A DNA stretch of 64,000 bases from Candidatus Hodarchaeota archaeon. GTDB lineage: Archaea; Asgardarchaeota; Lokiarchaeia; Sigyniarchaeales; SOKP01. This document shows positions 10,696 through 20,067 of the stretch, piece by piece. Position 1 is the stretch's first letter, and each line of letters begins with the position of its first letter. The DNA is taken from contig JBHLKM010000005.1 of assembly GCA_048886685.1 (NCBI GenBank), forward strand, positions 10,958-74,957. The letters run 5' to 3'. A model generated the notes under the pieces. The model saw nothing but the letters and a program-made list of their open reading frames with translations. It was not told where the DNA came from and did not search any database. The position numbers and the translations under genes are program-made.

Positions 10696-11382
10696 TTAAT
10701 CTTCTTCATCTATATCATCATCTGCATCAGCAGGTCTTTTTGAACAAGAAATTAAATGTCTACCAAGTCTAATGAATTCTTTTCCACAATACTGACATTT
10801 TTGCTTCTCCGTAGTACCTTTCTCTTTGGTTATAGGTTTTTCACTTGGTTTTTTTCTTTTTTTCTTTTTTGTAGGCATTATATCATCCATGCTAACGTCA
10901 TCGGGTGCAAATTCACAATTTTGAACGTGTGATGGGAGGTCGTCAAACAATTCACCGCAAAAGGGGCATTCAACTTCCGCAAATTCTTCAGAATCCTCCA
11001 AATCTGCTTTGCCTGCTTTCCTTTTTTCAAATTTTATCGGAGCTTCCTCATCTTCTTCGTCAAACTCATCAATTGATAAATCAATCTCATAATCTCCTTT
11101 TATAGCAGCAAGTTCATATTCTTCTAATTTTATTTGTTTCTCCTTGATTTTCTTTTCAGCAATATTTTTACTCTCTTCAAAAACCTCTGAAAATCTACGG
11201 TTATTTTTAACAGGATCATACAAGTTACAAACTTGACATACGTAAGCGCGTGTTCCTAAGACTAATTCTCTTGAAGGACAATAAGCTAAGGATTGTAAGC
11301 TATTACTAATATCACCCTTAGGTTCAAGGTGTTTACAAACGATTTTTCTTGAATATTTTACTTTTTGTTTTCGTCTAGGGAT
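10696..11382 (-). CDS. Multi-zinc-finger protein (two C2HC fingers plus N-terminal Cys/His cluster)
   Basis: Fingers CPFC-x9-H-x3-C and CQYC-x9-H-x3-C. The frame stays open upstream of the track's TTG (11223) through IPRRKQK..VCKH..YCP..CQVC to a TGA at 11391. Probable ATC start at 11382, 6 nt after GGTGA. Confidence 0.75.
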   Translation of the reverse strand: MPRRKQKVKYSRKIVCKHLEPKGDISNSLQSLAYCPSRELVLGTRAYVCQVCNLYDPVKNNRRFSEVFEESKNIAEKKIKEKQIKLEEYELAAIKGDYEIDLSIDEFDEEDEEAPIKFEKRKAGKADLEDSEEFAEVECPFCGELFDDLPSHVQNCEFAPDDVSMDDIMPTKKKKRKKPSEKPITKEKGTTEKQKCQYCGKEFIRLGRHLISCSKRPADADDDIDEED

Positions 11383-11465
11383 TATTAATCACCAAAAGAA
11401 GTATGTCAATTAATGAAACCTAAAATATAATTTTTTTGGATTTCAATTGGTTTAAAGTATTGAAA

Positions 11466-13067
11466 TTAAAAATTATAGTGTAAATTTTTAAGATCCTTGA
11501 TGATCCGATTTTTTATGTCAATATTATTAAGGTTAGGTAATAATTCTTCAACTATATCTCGTAGTTCTATAATTTTTTGTATAAGTAATTCTGGTTTGTT
11601 CCAAAAAGATGTTCTTAAAGGATGCATTTTTAGAATTGCGTTATTATAATTCTCAATTGCGGCTCTATAAAATAGACATGCATTTTCTAATATATATAAT
11701 CTTGATTGATAAATATTCCCAATCTTATTAAAACACATTCCTGCTCCTGCAAAATCGCCTTCCTTTTCAAAATCTATGGCAGCATCTTGAATTTTTTTTA
11801 AACCCTCCTCTAAAACATCGTTTTCACCTTTTTTTAGAAGTAAATATCCTAAAATGTAATTTGATATTCCTCTATAGAAAAGACTTTTATGTTTTTTTGA
11901 GAGTTTGAATAAGTCCTCAGCGAATTCTCCCGCAAAAATTAGATGATCATTAGCAATACACTTTTGCGATACAGTTCTTAATAAATCCATAACTTTATCG
12001 AACATTTTTAGTTCTCTATATTGATCAATTCCTTGTCTAAACTTTTCTATACCTGCGAATGCATCTTTATTGTTAAATGCCTGGTTCCCCTCATAAATTA
12101 ATTGTTCTGCAAATTCTTTTTTTGTTTTCTCCTTTTGCCTTTGTTGCGCTTTTTGGGAAAAATCGTCAACTTTGAAGTCAATTTCCTCCTCCATAGGGAT
12201 TTCTGTTAAGTAATTATTATTTGATGTACTACCAACATCAGAGTCAAAAGGAGAAAATCTTTCGGTCATTTCAGATTTCATACTAATGTTGTCTTCCTCT
12301 GGTTTTTCTTCCCCATAGGCTGATTGCAAAGGTTTACCTTCAGAAACCAGTGCAGATAATTCAGATAAGACATTAGCGAAGAAGTATTTATTTAATCCAT
12401 CAATAATGTAATCTACTTTATGGTAATTATCACTGTATTCTGGAGCATTTACATCCATACTAATATCTGTGATTCTATAGATTTCAAATCCAGTATCATA
12501 TTTAGTGATGATGAATTCAGATTCCTCTGATTTTTCTTGCTTTTTTTTTCCTAGTAAAGTATGATCAAACACTAGACCTATTCCATCTTCATGAGTTTGA
12601 AAAAATATCTGATTTCTCAGATCTATATCAGAAAAAAACAGTCCCAATCCCGGGTGAGAATGAAACCACCCTACGATATAAAGTTTATTTCCTTGGGTAA
12701 CTAACTTATCTTGTATTTCAGCAATAAATACATAATGTCTATTGTCTAAAACAACGTCTGTTTCATGCCCAAATGTTAATGCTTCTGCTCCTTCGACATG
12801 GACAAAGTCATCATCAGAAAATCCAATTAAGACACCATATATTTCTTTCCAATTCTCAGGAGCAATTGATCTATTAGAATATCTACTTGCATAAAGAATA
12901 ATAGTTTTATAAGCTTCAGCAGAAATAATAACAGGTTTGCCTGTTGGTTCTTTTTGCTTTTCATCAGATGGTTCTAATTCTCCTTTTTCACTTTCTACAT
13001 TTTCTTCTTTTAATTCATCGTGATCATCTGATTTTTTATTTTCTTCTGACATTTTTGAACTTCTCAT
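11466..13067 (-). CDS. MPN/JAMM metalloprotease (Rpn11/CSN5-like) fused to a C-terminal TPR/helical-repeat domain
   Basis: KEIYGVLIG...VGWFHSHPGLGLFFSDID is a complete MPN+ motif. The C-terminal ~220 aa are TPR-like (GNQAF, AGMCFNKIGNIY, AIENY). Confidence 0.88.
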   Translation of the reverse strand: MRSSKMSEENKKSDDHDELKEENVESEKGELEPSDEKQKEPTGKPVIISAEAYKTIILYASRYSNRSIAPENWKEIYGVLIGFSDDDFVHVEGAEALTFGHETDVVLDNRHYVFIAEIQDKLVTQGNKLYIVGWFHSHPGLGLFFSDIDLRNQIFFQTHEDGIGLVFDHTLLGKKKQEKSEESEFIITKYDTGFEIYRITDISMDVNAPEYSDNYHKVDYIIDGLNKYFFANVLSELSALVSEGKPLQSAYGEEKPEEDNISMKSEMTERFSPFDSDVGSTSNNNYLTEIPMEEEIDFKVDDFSQKAQQRQKEKTKKEFAEQLIYEGNQAFNNKDAFAGIEKFRQGIDQYRELKMFDKVMDLLRTVSQKCIANDHLIFAGEFAEDLFKLSKKHKSLFYRGISNYILGYLLLKKGENDVLEEGLKKIQDAAIDFEKEGDFAGAGMCFNKIGNIYQSRLYILENACLFYRAAIENYNNAILKMHPLRTSFWNKPELLIQKIIELRDIVEELLPNLNNIDIKNRIIKDLKNLHYNF

Positions 13068-13170
13068 ATTTGATTATGTTTCTTTTCAAAAAAATAATAG
13101 TTCTCTGCGTAAATAAAATTATGTGTGTTTCATGAATTGAATAAAAAAATATAGATTAAAATTTAAATAG

Positions 13171-13725
13171 TTAATTTGAAATTGACTTCATAAATCTGTT
13201 TTTAATTTCAACCGGTTTTAGCGGTATATTTTCTACTTGAGCATTTCCAGGCAGTGTATTAATCTTTATAAAATGGCATCCCGTTTCTAAACTTTTCAAT
13301 GTCGGATTAATATCTTCTTCATTATTAATAACTATAATAGATTCAAATCCCGCTCCTTTAGCTATTGTTTCTAGTTTAGTTTTTTTACTTGTGTAAGTTA
13401 CTTGATTACCTGTTGATCCATAGGAACCATTATCAATAACAATTAAAGAAAGATTTCTTGGTTGATTATTTGCGATGGTACTTAAGCTACCAAGATTCAT
13501 GAGTAGTGATCCATCTCCCTCAATACAGTAAACTTTTTTCGTGGGTTTCGAGAGAGCAAGCCCAAACGCTATAGAAGAGGCCAAACCCATAGATCCTAAC
13601 ATGTAAAAGTTCTCAGCTCTATCTTTTATGTTAAATAGTTCTCTTGAAGGAGCACCAATGTTGCATATTAAAAGCTCATTCCCAAGAGACTCAACAATCC
13701 TCTTTATTGCATCATATCTCTTCAT
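13171..13725 (-). CDS. comE: Sulfopyruvate decarboxylase beta subunit (TPP-binding)
   Basis: MKRYDAI, NIGAPSRELF, NFYMLGSMG, GDGSLLMN, DNGSYGSTG; ATG overlaps the comD stop (TAATG). Confidence 0.85.
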   Translation of the reverse strand: MKRYDAIKRIVESLGNELLICNIGAPSRELFNIKDRAENFYMLGSMGLASSIAFGLALSKPTKKVYCIEGDGSLLMNLGSLSTIANNQPRNLSLIVIDNGSYGSTGNQVTYTSKKTKLETIAKGAGFESIIVINNEEDINPTLKSLETGCHFIKINTLPGNAQVENIPLKPVEIKNRFMKSISN

Positions 13726-14225
13726 TAGCCTCCCCATAATGTCCTTTTTAAAAGAATTCCTGTTGAAACTTCTAATGTTTTACTTAATTCAACAGCTTTC
13801 TTTATATTTTTAATCTTTTCTTTTGAATCTATAATAAATGTATCTATTTTTAATAAATTTAATAAACCAGGCGTAAGCCTTCCCATAGGAATTTGAGCTA
13901 AAATCCTTTCTCCTTCAGCACCTCTATGGCTCATTATAAATATAACAGGAATCTTAAATAACTGTAAAAGTGATTTTATGGCGTTAACAGAGTTGCCTAA
14001 ACCAGAATTTTGCATTAAAATTGCCGGAGTTCTACCACCTAAATATGCACCAGCAGCTATTCCTACACCTTCTTCTTCTCTTGTAATTGGTATATGTTGT
14101 ATTTCACTTTTTTCTTCGATAAGTTGCAATAAACCCTTAAGCATGATGCATGGTAATGATAGAATTAAATCTATCCCTGAATCCTTAATAGTTTCATATA
14201 ACGTTAAATCAACAGACATTAACAT
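13725..14225 (-). CDS. comD: Sulfopyruvate decarboxylase alpha subunit
   Basis: SLPC, TREEEGVGIAAGAYLGG, MQNSGLGN, SHRG, AQIPMG. Confidence 0.85.
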   Translation of the reverse strand: MLMSVDLTLYETIKDSGIDLILSLPCIMLKGLLQLIEEKSEIQHIPITREEEGVGIAAGAYLGGRTPAILMQNSGLGNSVNAIKSLLQLFKIPVIFIMSHRGAEGERILAQIPMGRLTPGLLNLLKIDTFIIDSKEKIKNIKKAVELSKTLEVSTGILLKRTLWGG

Positions 14226-14442
14226 TTCTTCTAAAATAAAATTTCTATTATATAATAATACATTTTAGTTTTTTTAGTTTTAAGAAGCTATGATTTTTCA
14301 CATAGCTAAATATATAAATTCGATAAATTAAATGATGTTAGAGCCTGTTCAAAGTGAATTTCTTTCACTCTAATTAAAAAAATTTAATTAAATCTGGGCA
14401 TTAATAAACTTCATGGAATTAAGTCTTCAGAGGTGAAATATA

Positions 14443-14820
14443 ATAGTAATAGAAATAATTGCTTCAATTTATACTATAATAATAGGAACTGCTATGCTCT
14501 GCATGTGGATATTTCTATTAGGAAAAAAAGAAGTCCCAGAACTTACCACTAAACCAACTCAAATATCTTTTCATTTAGTTGCTGAATTTCTAACATCAGT
14601 CATGCTAATAATCGGAGGATTTGGGCTTTTTACAAATCAATCTTGGGGAATGGCGATGTTTTACATTTCTATTGGAATGGTGATATACTCCACTATAAAT
14701 GCAGCAGGGTTTTATGGCCAGTTAAAAGATTGGCCGATGTTTATCATGTTAATTGTATTTACACTTGTTTCCCTTTTGATTGTTGCATTAATAATACTTG
14801 TCGAATTCGAAATAATTTGA
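14443..14820 (+). CDS. Hypothetical 4-TM membrane protein
   Basis: Hydrophobic ORF whose first TM helix (IVIEIIASIYTIIIGTA) lies upstream of the track's ATG 14494. Probable ATA start at 14443, 6 nt after GAGGTGA. Confidence 0.7.
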   Translation: MVIEIIASIYTIIIGTAMLCMWIFLLGKKEVPELTTKPTQISFHLVAEFLTSVMLIIGGFGLFTNQSWGMAMFYISIGMVIYSTINAAGFYGQLKDWPMFIMLIVFTLVSLLIVALIILVEFEII

Positions 14821-14827
14821 TCTAAAC

Positions 14828-16033
14828 TTAAATTACACGCTTTTTTTTAAGCGCTCGAATTTTTTCATCTGAATATCCTAAATTCCTCAAAATTTCTTCG
14901 GTGTTTTGACCAATTTTAGGAGCAAAACTCCTAATTTTGAGTGGTGTCCGGGAATATTTAATTGGTGAAGCTACATTTTGGATTTTCCCAAGCTTAGGAT
15001 GTTCCATCTCTACCACCATATTACGGACTCGAATTTGAGGATCTTCACAAGCTTCTAAAAAAGATTTAACCGGCATAACACAAGCATCAAGATTTATAAA
15101 TATATCTATCCATTCTTGTTGTGTTTTCTTTAAGAACTCTTTTTGAATTTCCTCAAAAGTTCTTTCTCTATTTATGCCCTGCTCAATTTGTTTTGGATAT
15201 AAATCATCCCGACCTAGTCCTTTACAAAATTCTCTCCAAAATTTTGTTTCTATAATTCCGACCGATAAAAATTTATTATCCTTAGTCTTATAAACTGCAT
15301 AGAATGGAAAATCTCCATGTAAAATATTTACTCCTTCACTGTAATCTTTAGCGAAATGATAAGCTGCAACTAATGGCATAAATGAGAAGACTGAATCTGT
15401 CATTGAAATATCTATATATTGTCCTTTTTTATCTGGATTCTTTTCTCTTTCAATGATTGCCCCTAATATTCCTATAGCTGTAACCAAACCCCCACCAATA
15501 TCAGCAGCTTGAACTCCAGGATTTATAGGTTGTTTTATTTCATCTCCCGATCCAAATATTTTCCTCTCCTTATTTAAATCTAAAATGCCACAAATTCCTA
15601 TATAATTAAGATCATGACCTGCGATTTGTTCATATGGTCCATATTGACCATATCCAGTTAAGGAACAACAAATTATTGATGGATTAATCGAAGCTAAAGT
15701 CTTATAATCAATTTCTAATTTGCTCATTACTTTTGGTCGAAATGTATCGAGTACCACGTCTGCTTGCTTTACCAATTCATAGAAAATCTCTTTTGCTTCA
15801 AGTTTTTTCAGGTTAAGTGTAATAGATTTCTTATTCCTCATTAGAATGGAATGAAAGGCGCTTTCACGATATTTTCCTTTTTGAAAGAAGGGTGGAGGAT
15901 TACTATAAGGGTAATTAGGATCTTCAACACGGATAACTGTTGCTCCAAGATCTCCGAGAATCATAGAGCAATAGGGGCCGGGTAACATTCTAGAGAGATC
16001 TAATATGATTTTTCCTTCTAAAGGCAATGGCAT
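14828..16033 (-). CDS. CoA-transferase family III (CaiB/BaiF)
   Basis: DLSRMLPGP, RNKKSITLNLK, FRP, LTGYGQYGP, GHDLNY, AADIGGG. Confidence 0.93.
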   Translation of the reverse strand: MPLPLEGKIILDLSRMLPGPYCSMILGDLGATVIRVEDPNYPYSNPPPFFQKGKYRESAFHSILMRNKKSITLNLKKLEAKEIFYELVKQADVVLDTFRPKVMSKLEIDYKTLASINPSIICCSLTGYGQYGPYEQIAGHDLNYIGICGILDLNKERKIFGSGDEIKQPINPGVQAADIGGGLVTAIGILGAIIEREKNPDKKGQYIDISMTDSVFSFMPLVAAYHFAKDYSEGVNILHGDFPFYAVYKTKDNKFLSVGIIETKFWREFCKGLGRDDLYPKQIEQGINRERTFEEIQKEFLKKTQQEWIDIFINLDACVMPVKSFLEACEDPQIRVRNMVVEMEHPKLGKIQNVASPIKYSRTPLKIRSFAPKIGQNTEEILRNLGYSDEKIRALKKKRVI

Positions 16034-16106
16034 AATAAATAAAAATTAGGAAATCATAATTAAAAGTTTTCGAAAATTAAAAATAAATAGAATGCAAATC
16101 AATTCA

Positions 16107-17519
16107 TTAAGGAAAATACGGTTTCCTCCTTCTCTGAATCCAAGAAATTTTTCCGACTTTACTAAATCGAAAAATTTCAAAATCATTATTTTTCCATGTT
16201 ATTATCCATTTAGAACTCGTAAAATAATTTATTGGATTACCAATCATTTTTAATTCCTTAAATAAAGATTGAGATTTAAATAATTCTGGCATAAATTTAA
16301 TGTCGTTTATTTCAATTGGTCTTTCATAATCAGAGTTCTTGTGTGATTTATAATTGTAAAAAAAATCGAAAGGTGAATTTGAAATGCCTTTTCCTTCAGC
16401 ACTTAATGTATCAATGAAATTTTTATTCCCAGTATTTTCTATTATCGAGATTCTATTAAATCCAAGATATAGGTGCTTCAATTGTTTTAATATGTCTAAT
16501 TGTTTTATAGCTGTTATCTTATTATTTCTAAGATCTAAAAATTTTAAATTCTTTAAGTTATCTAAGCCCTTAATTTCAGATATTTGATTATGGCTAAGAT
16601 CTAAGAATTCTAGTTTTGTAAGTTTATCTAAGTCCTTAATTTCAGTTATTCTATTATTACTAAGGTCTAATCTTCTTAAATTATTTAGACACCTCAAACC
16701 TTTTATTTCATTGATTCTATTATTTCGTAGATTCAGGATTTCTAAATTCGATAAATGCTCTAGTTTTTCTATTTCAGCGATCTGATTATCATAAATCATT
16801 AATGATTTTAAATTAGAAAGGTTCTTGAGTCCTTGAATCTTAAGAATTTCATTATTATTGAGGTATAAATATTCTAAATTGTTTAAGTGTTCTAACCCTT
16901 TAATTTCTCTAATGTTATTCCATTGAAGGTGTAAAGATTTCAAATTGATTAGATTATCTAAGCCCTCTATTTCCGTAATTCTATTAAAATTTAATATTAA
17001 TTTACTTAAATTTATTAAATTCCCCAAGCCTTTAACATCAGATAAGTTATCAATATTACTACTACTTAAATTAATAATTGGATAAGACCCAAAGGGGAAA
17101 AAAATTCTTCCTTTATAATCAATATACTCAATAGTATTCAATAGCGATTTTAATTGTAAATTATTAGTTTTTTCTAATGCTCTGATTATCATAATTACAC
17201 AAAAATCAGATTTTTCATGTTTTAAAACCCACTTAATTGGTTCAAAAGCACGATTAGAGAAATTTCTAATAATTATACTCGCGGCGTGACCCCTTACGAT
17301 CTCATTTAGATCAGAGATTAATAGATTTTCAAGAAAAAAGTATATCCTTTCTTCTTTTGAACCGATTAGACCTAAGAATTTTACACTGGATATCCTGGTT
17401 CTGTTATCTAATTCGAGAGGATTGTCAATAACTGATATCAATAATTCTGATGCTTTGCTTTTATCCAATTTTTTCTTTTTAAAATCCCCATAAATTTTAT
17501 TGGGTGCTAATACGGACAT
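16107..17519 (-). CDS. Leucine-rich-repeat protein (Sds22-type, about ten 22-aa repeats) with N-terminal HEAT-like helices
   Basis: Repeated LxxLxxLxLxxNxIxEIxGL units. Confidence 0.92.
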   Translation of the reverse strand: MSVLAPNKIYGDFKKKKLDKSKASELLISVIDNPLELDNRTRISSVKFLGLIGSKEERIYFFLENLLISDLNEIVRGHAASIIIRNFSNRAFEPIKWVLKHEKSDFCVIMIIRALEKTNNLQLKSLLNTIEYIDYKGRIFFPFGSYPIINLSSSNIDNLSDVKGLGNLINLSKLILNFNRITEIEGLDNLINLKSLHLQWNNIREIKGLEHLNNLEYLYLNNNEILKIQGLKNLSNLKSLMIYDNQIAEIEKLEHLSNLEILNLRNNRINEIKGLRCLNNLRRLDLSNNRITEIKDLDKLTKLEFLDLSHNQISEIKGLDNLKNLKFLDLRNNKITAIKQLDILKQLKHLYLGFNRISIIENTGNKNFIDTLSAEGKGISNSPFDFFYNYKSHKNSDYERPIEINDIKFMPELFKSQSLFKELKMIGNPINYFTSSKWIITWKNNDFEIFRFSKVGKISWIQRRRKPYFP

Positions 17520-17577
17520 CTAATACTTCATTAAACAATTTTTAATTTTAAATAATTCAGAGAAAAAACTTGTTAAT

Positions 17578-18090
17578 TTATAATTCAATTATTTCAGCAT
17601 CCATCTTGTCTGTATCTATAATAGCAAATGTTGATTTTCCTGTTAAATAACCACATATTTCACCGGGATTAACCACTAAAACTCCATTATCATATTTTTT
17701 ATTTATTAAAAAATGCGTATGTCCTGATAATATAATATCAAAATCACCAGAATGAGCTAATGCGTCTATAGTTTCCTTCCTTGGCATATGAGATACAAAA
17801 ATTTTCTTTCCTCCCAATTCTAATATCAATTCATTGCCATTTTGAGCAAACTGACATAGTTGTCCTAAATTTTGCTTTAAAAGCAACCTTTCTCCATCGT
17901 TATTCCCAAAAACACCATAAAAATTTTTTTTTATATCATCATCGAGTTTATCAAACCATCTTTTAACAAATGGCGCAACATAATCTCCACAATGAATAAC
18001 AGCATCAATCTTTCTTTCATTTATTATGGAGATTGTTTTTAATATATTATCTTTATTATCATGCGAATCTGAAATGCAAGCTATTTTCAT
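17578..18090 (-). CDS. YfcE/MJ0936-family metallophosphoesterase
   Basis: SDSHDN, HCGD, GNND, SH, GHTH, NPG. Confidence 0.92.
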   Translation of the reverse strand: MKIACISDSHDNKDNILKTISIINERKIDAVIHCGDYVAPFVKRWFDKLDDDIKKNFYGVFGNNDGERLLLKQNLGQLCQFAQNGNELILELGGKKIFVSHMPRKETIDALAHSGDFDIILSGHTHFLINKKYDNGVLVVNPGEICGYLTGKSTFAIIDTDKMDAEIIEL

Positions 18091-18180
18091 CCTTTACAAT
18101 TCACCTTTAGTATAAAATTAAAAGGAATTAGATATAATTAAATTAAATTATTATATGTTTTATATTAATACTAATGAAAT

Positions 18181-19272
18181 TTGTATGATTTTAAAATGAT
18201 AGAAGATTTCTTTAAAACAGAAAAAGCATATGTAGATAATGAATTGGAAAAGTACTTTGCTCAGTTACAGAAAACGGAAAAAGATATCCTCCTTAAAGAT
18301 TTTATCGCACAACTTAAAGAATTCATTCTGAACGAAAAGGCTAAAAGAATTCATCCTATTTTATTAAACGCTGCTTTTTCTGGTATAGTAAATCCAATGT
18401 ATTTAGAAGATCAAATAGAACAAATCCGAGAAGTATCTATAGCAGTTGAGTTGTTGCATAGTGGACATCTTATTCATGATGATCTTTTAGATGATGATAC
18501 AATAAGAAGGGGTAAACCAACTTTTCACATGCAATTAAAGAATGAATTAAATCAAATATATAAAGATCTTAACATCCAAAAAAAAGATGAGGTAGTTAAA
18601 TTATATGGAAGAGATATGAGTATATTAGGAGGTACTCAAGGATATTTATTAGGCTTAGATATTATAAAATCTGCAAAATTCCCAGAACAGACTAAATTAT
18701 TAGCAATTAATGAGTATACTCAAGCAATGGACTACTTAATGAAAGGACAATTAATTGAAGAATACATGAATTATAATAATATAACTATGACTTTAGAACA
18801 ATATTTAAATATTGCTGAATGTCAGAGAGCTAAATTATTCGAGAAATCGGCAAAGATAGGCGCTATTTTAGCAAAAGGTAATATTCATTATCAGATTAAA
18901 CCTCTAAGTGATGCTTTACTGAGTATTGGTCAAGCTCATGCTATTAGAGATGACATAATTGATTTAGAAGATGATATTAAGGCGAAGAATCGCTCAAAAA
19001 TTGTTTATATTTTAGCAGTTCAGAACACTGACGAAAACCAATCTAAAACACTAAATGAAATCTATCATAAAGAAATCTTAACGAAAAATGATGTAAAAGA
19101 AGTGAAAAATATTTTTACTGAAACCAATGCTTTAATCATCGCTGAGCACTTAGCAAAAAACTTAGTAGAACAATCAAAGAATACTTTAAAAGACATATAT
19201 CCTGATCTCAATAAAAAACAAAAGATTTTTTTTAATGAATTCTCTGATTTTGTATATGAAAGAGAGTTTTAG
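18181..19272 (+). CDS. Trans-isoprenyl (polyprenyl) diphosphate synthase, divergent
   Basis: FARM HDDLLDDDTIRRGKPT, GQ motif, SARM-like RDDIID. Confidence 0.85.
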   Translation: MYDFKMIEDFFKTEKAYVDNELEKYFAQLQKTEKDILLKDFIAQLKEFILNEKAKRIHPILLNAAFSGIVNPMYLEDQIEQIREVSIAVELLHSGHLIHDDLLDDDTIRRGKPTFHMQLKNELNQIYKDLNIQKKDEVVKLYGRDMSILGGTQGYLLGLDIIKSAKFPEQTKLLAINEYTQAMDYLMKGQLIEEYMNYNNITMTLEQYLNIAECQRAKLFEKSAKIGAILAKGNIHYQIKPLSDALLSIGQAHAIRDDIIDLEDDIKAKNRSKIVYILAVQNTDENQSKTLNEIYHKEILTKNDVKEVKNIFTETNALIIAEHLAKNLVEQSKNTLKDIYPDLNKKQKIFFNEFSDFVYEREF

Positions 19273-19290
19273 CTATAATCTATCTTTATT

Positions 19291-19887
19291 TTAAACCACA
19301 ACGTATGGTATGTGCAGTTTTTTTAGCATTATATTATTTAATTCTTTAAAAACTTCTAAAACATTATAATTCTCTAAAGAGGAAGTCTTATAAAATCCAT
19401 CTAGTTGCTTTTTTTTTACATATTTATTGATTAAATTATCATCAACAATTTCTGACGTAGGTGTTTTCTCTAATAAATCGCTTTTGCTTCCTACTAAAAT
19501 AATTGGGATCTCTCTACTGACAGCATACTTAATTATTTGGTCATACCAAAAATCCAACTGATTAAACGAAAAGTTATTTACTAGATCAAAAACTAATAAA
19601 GCGCCGTTAGCGCCTTCAATGAATTTAGGAAGCAAAGGTAAAAAACGTTCCTGACCACCAAAATCAAAAATCGAATTAACAATATAATTCTCTTTTATTT
19701 CATCGAGATTTTCTTTAAAACTTATCTTTAAGTGAACCGAATGAAAATTTATTCCTATTGTTGGTGAAGTATCAAAATCAAATGAATTGAAGCAGTACCG
19801 ATTGAAAAGACATGTTTTTCCTACTGAACTTGCACCGCATATTACTATTTTAAAGCTGTATATAACCTCTTTTCCATTATAACTCAT
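19291..19887 (-). CDS. Ras-superfamily (Rab-like) small GTPase
   Basis: G1 GASSVGKT, G2 PTIG, G3 DFGGQERF, G4 SKSD, G5 TSS; no C-terminal prenylation Cys. Confidence 0.92.
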   Translation of the reverse strand: MSYNGKEVIYSFKIVICGASSVGKTCLFNRYCFNSFDFDTSPTIGINFHSVHLKISFKENLDEIKENYIVNSIFDFGGQERFLPLLPKFIEGANGALLVFDLVNNFSFNQLDFWYDQIIKYAVSREIPIILVGSKSDLLEKTPTSEIVDDNLINKYVKKKQLDGFYKTSSLENYNVLEVFKELNNIMLKKLHIPYVVV

Positions 19888-20067
19888 TAGCTTAAGTACT
19901 CTTAAGTAAATGACTAGATTGATTGATCCGAGATAATTATTATAAATTTATATATTTTGTTTTAAGGGTTAATAATCCTTTAATTAAAGATGTGATGCAA
20001 AAATGGAAAAGAGACGAAATCTATTTTACGAAAGGATACTGAAATTTTTAATATATCTCTATTTTTA

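Noticed and set aside
16400-17070. 66-bp periodic DNA similarity resembling a repeat array
   Set aside because: Explained by 22-aa LRR coding repeats; no identical repeats with unique spacers, so not CRISPR
17578-18090. Vps29 (retromer) assignment
   Set aside because: Full metal-binding motifs and GNNDGE match ordinary YfcE/MJ0936 phosphodiesterases; no retromer partners nearby
18181-19887. Prenyl synthase next to a Rab-like GTPase suggesting protein prenylation
   Set aside because: The genes are convergent and the GTPase C-terminus (PYVVV) has no Cys
19996-20043. 15-codon ORF MQKWKRDEIYFTKGY
   Set aside because: Too short, with no supporting evidence
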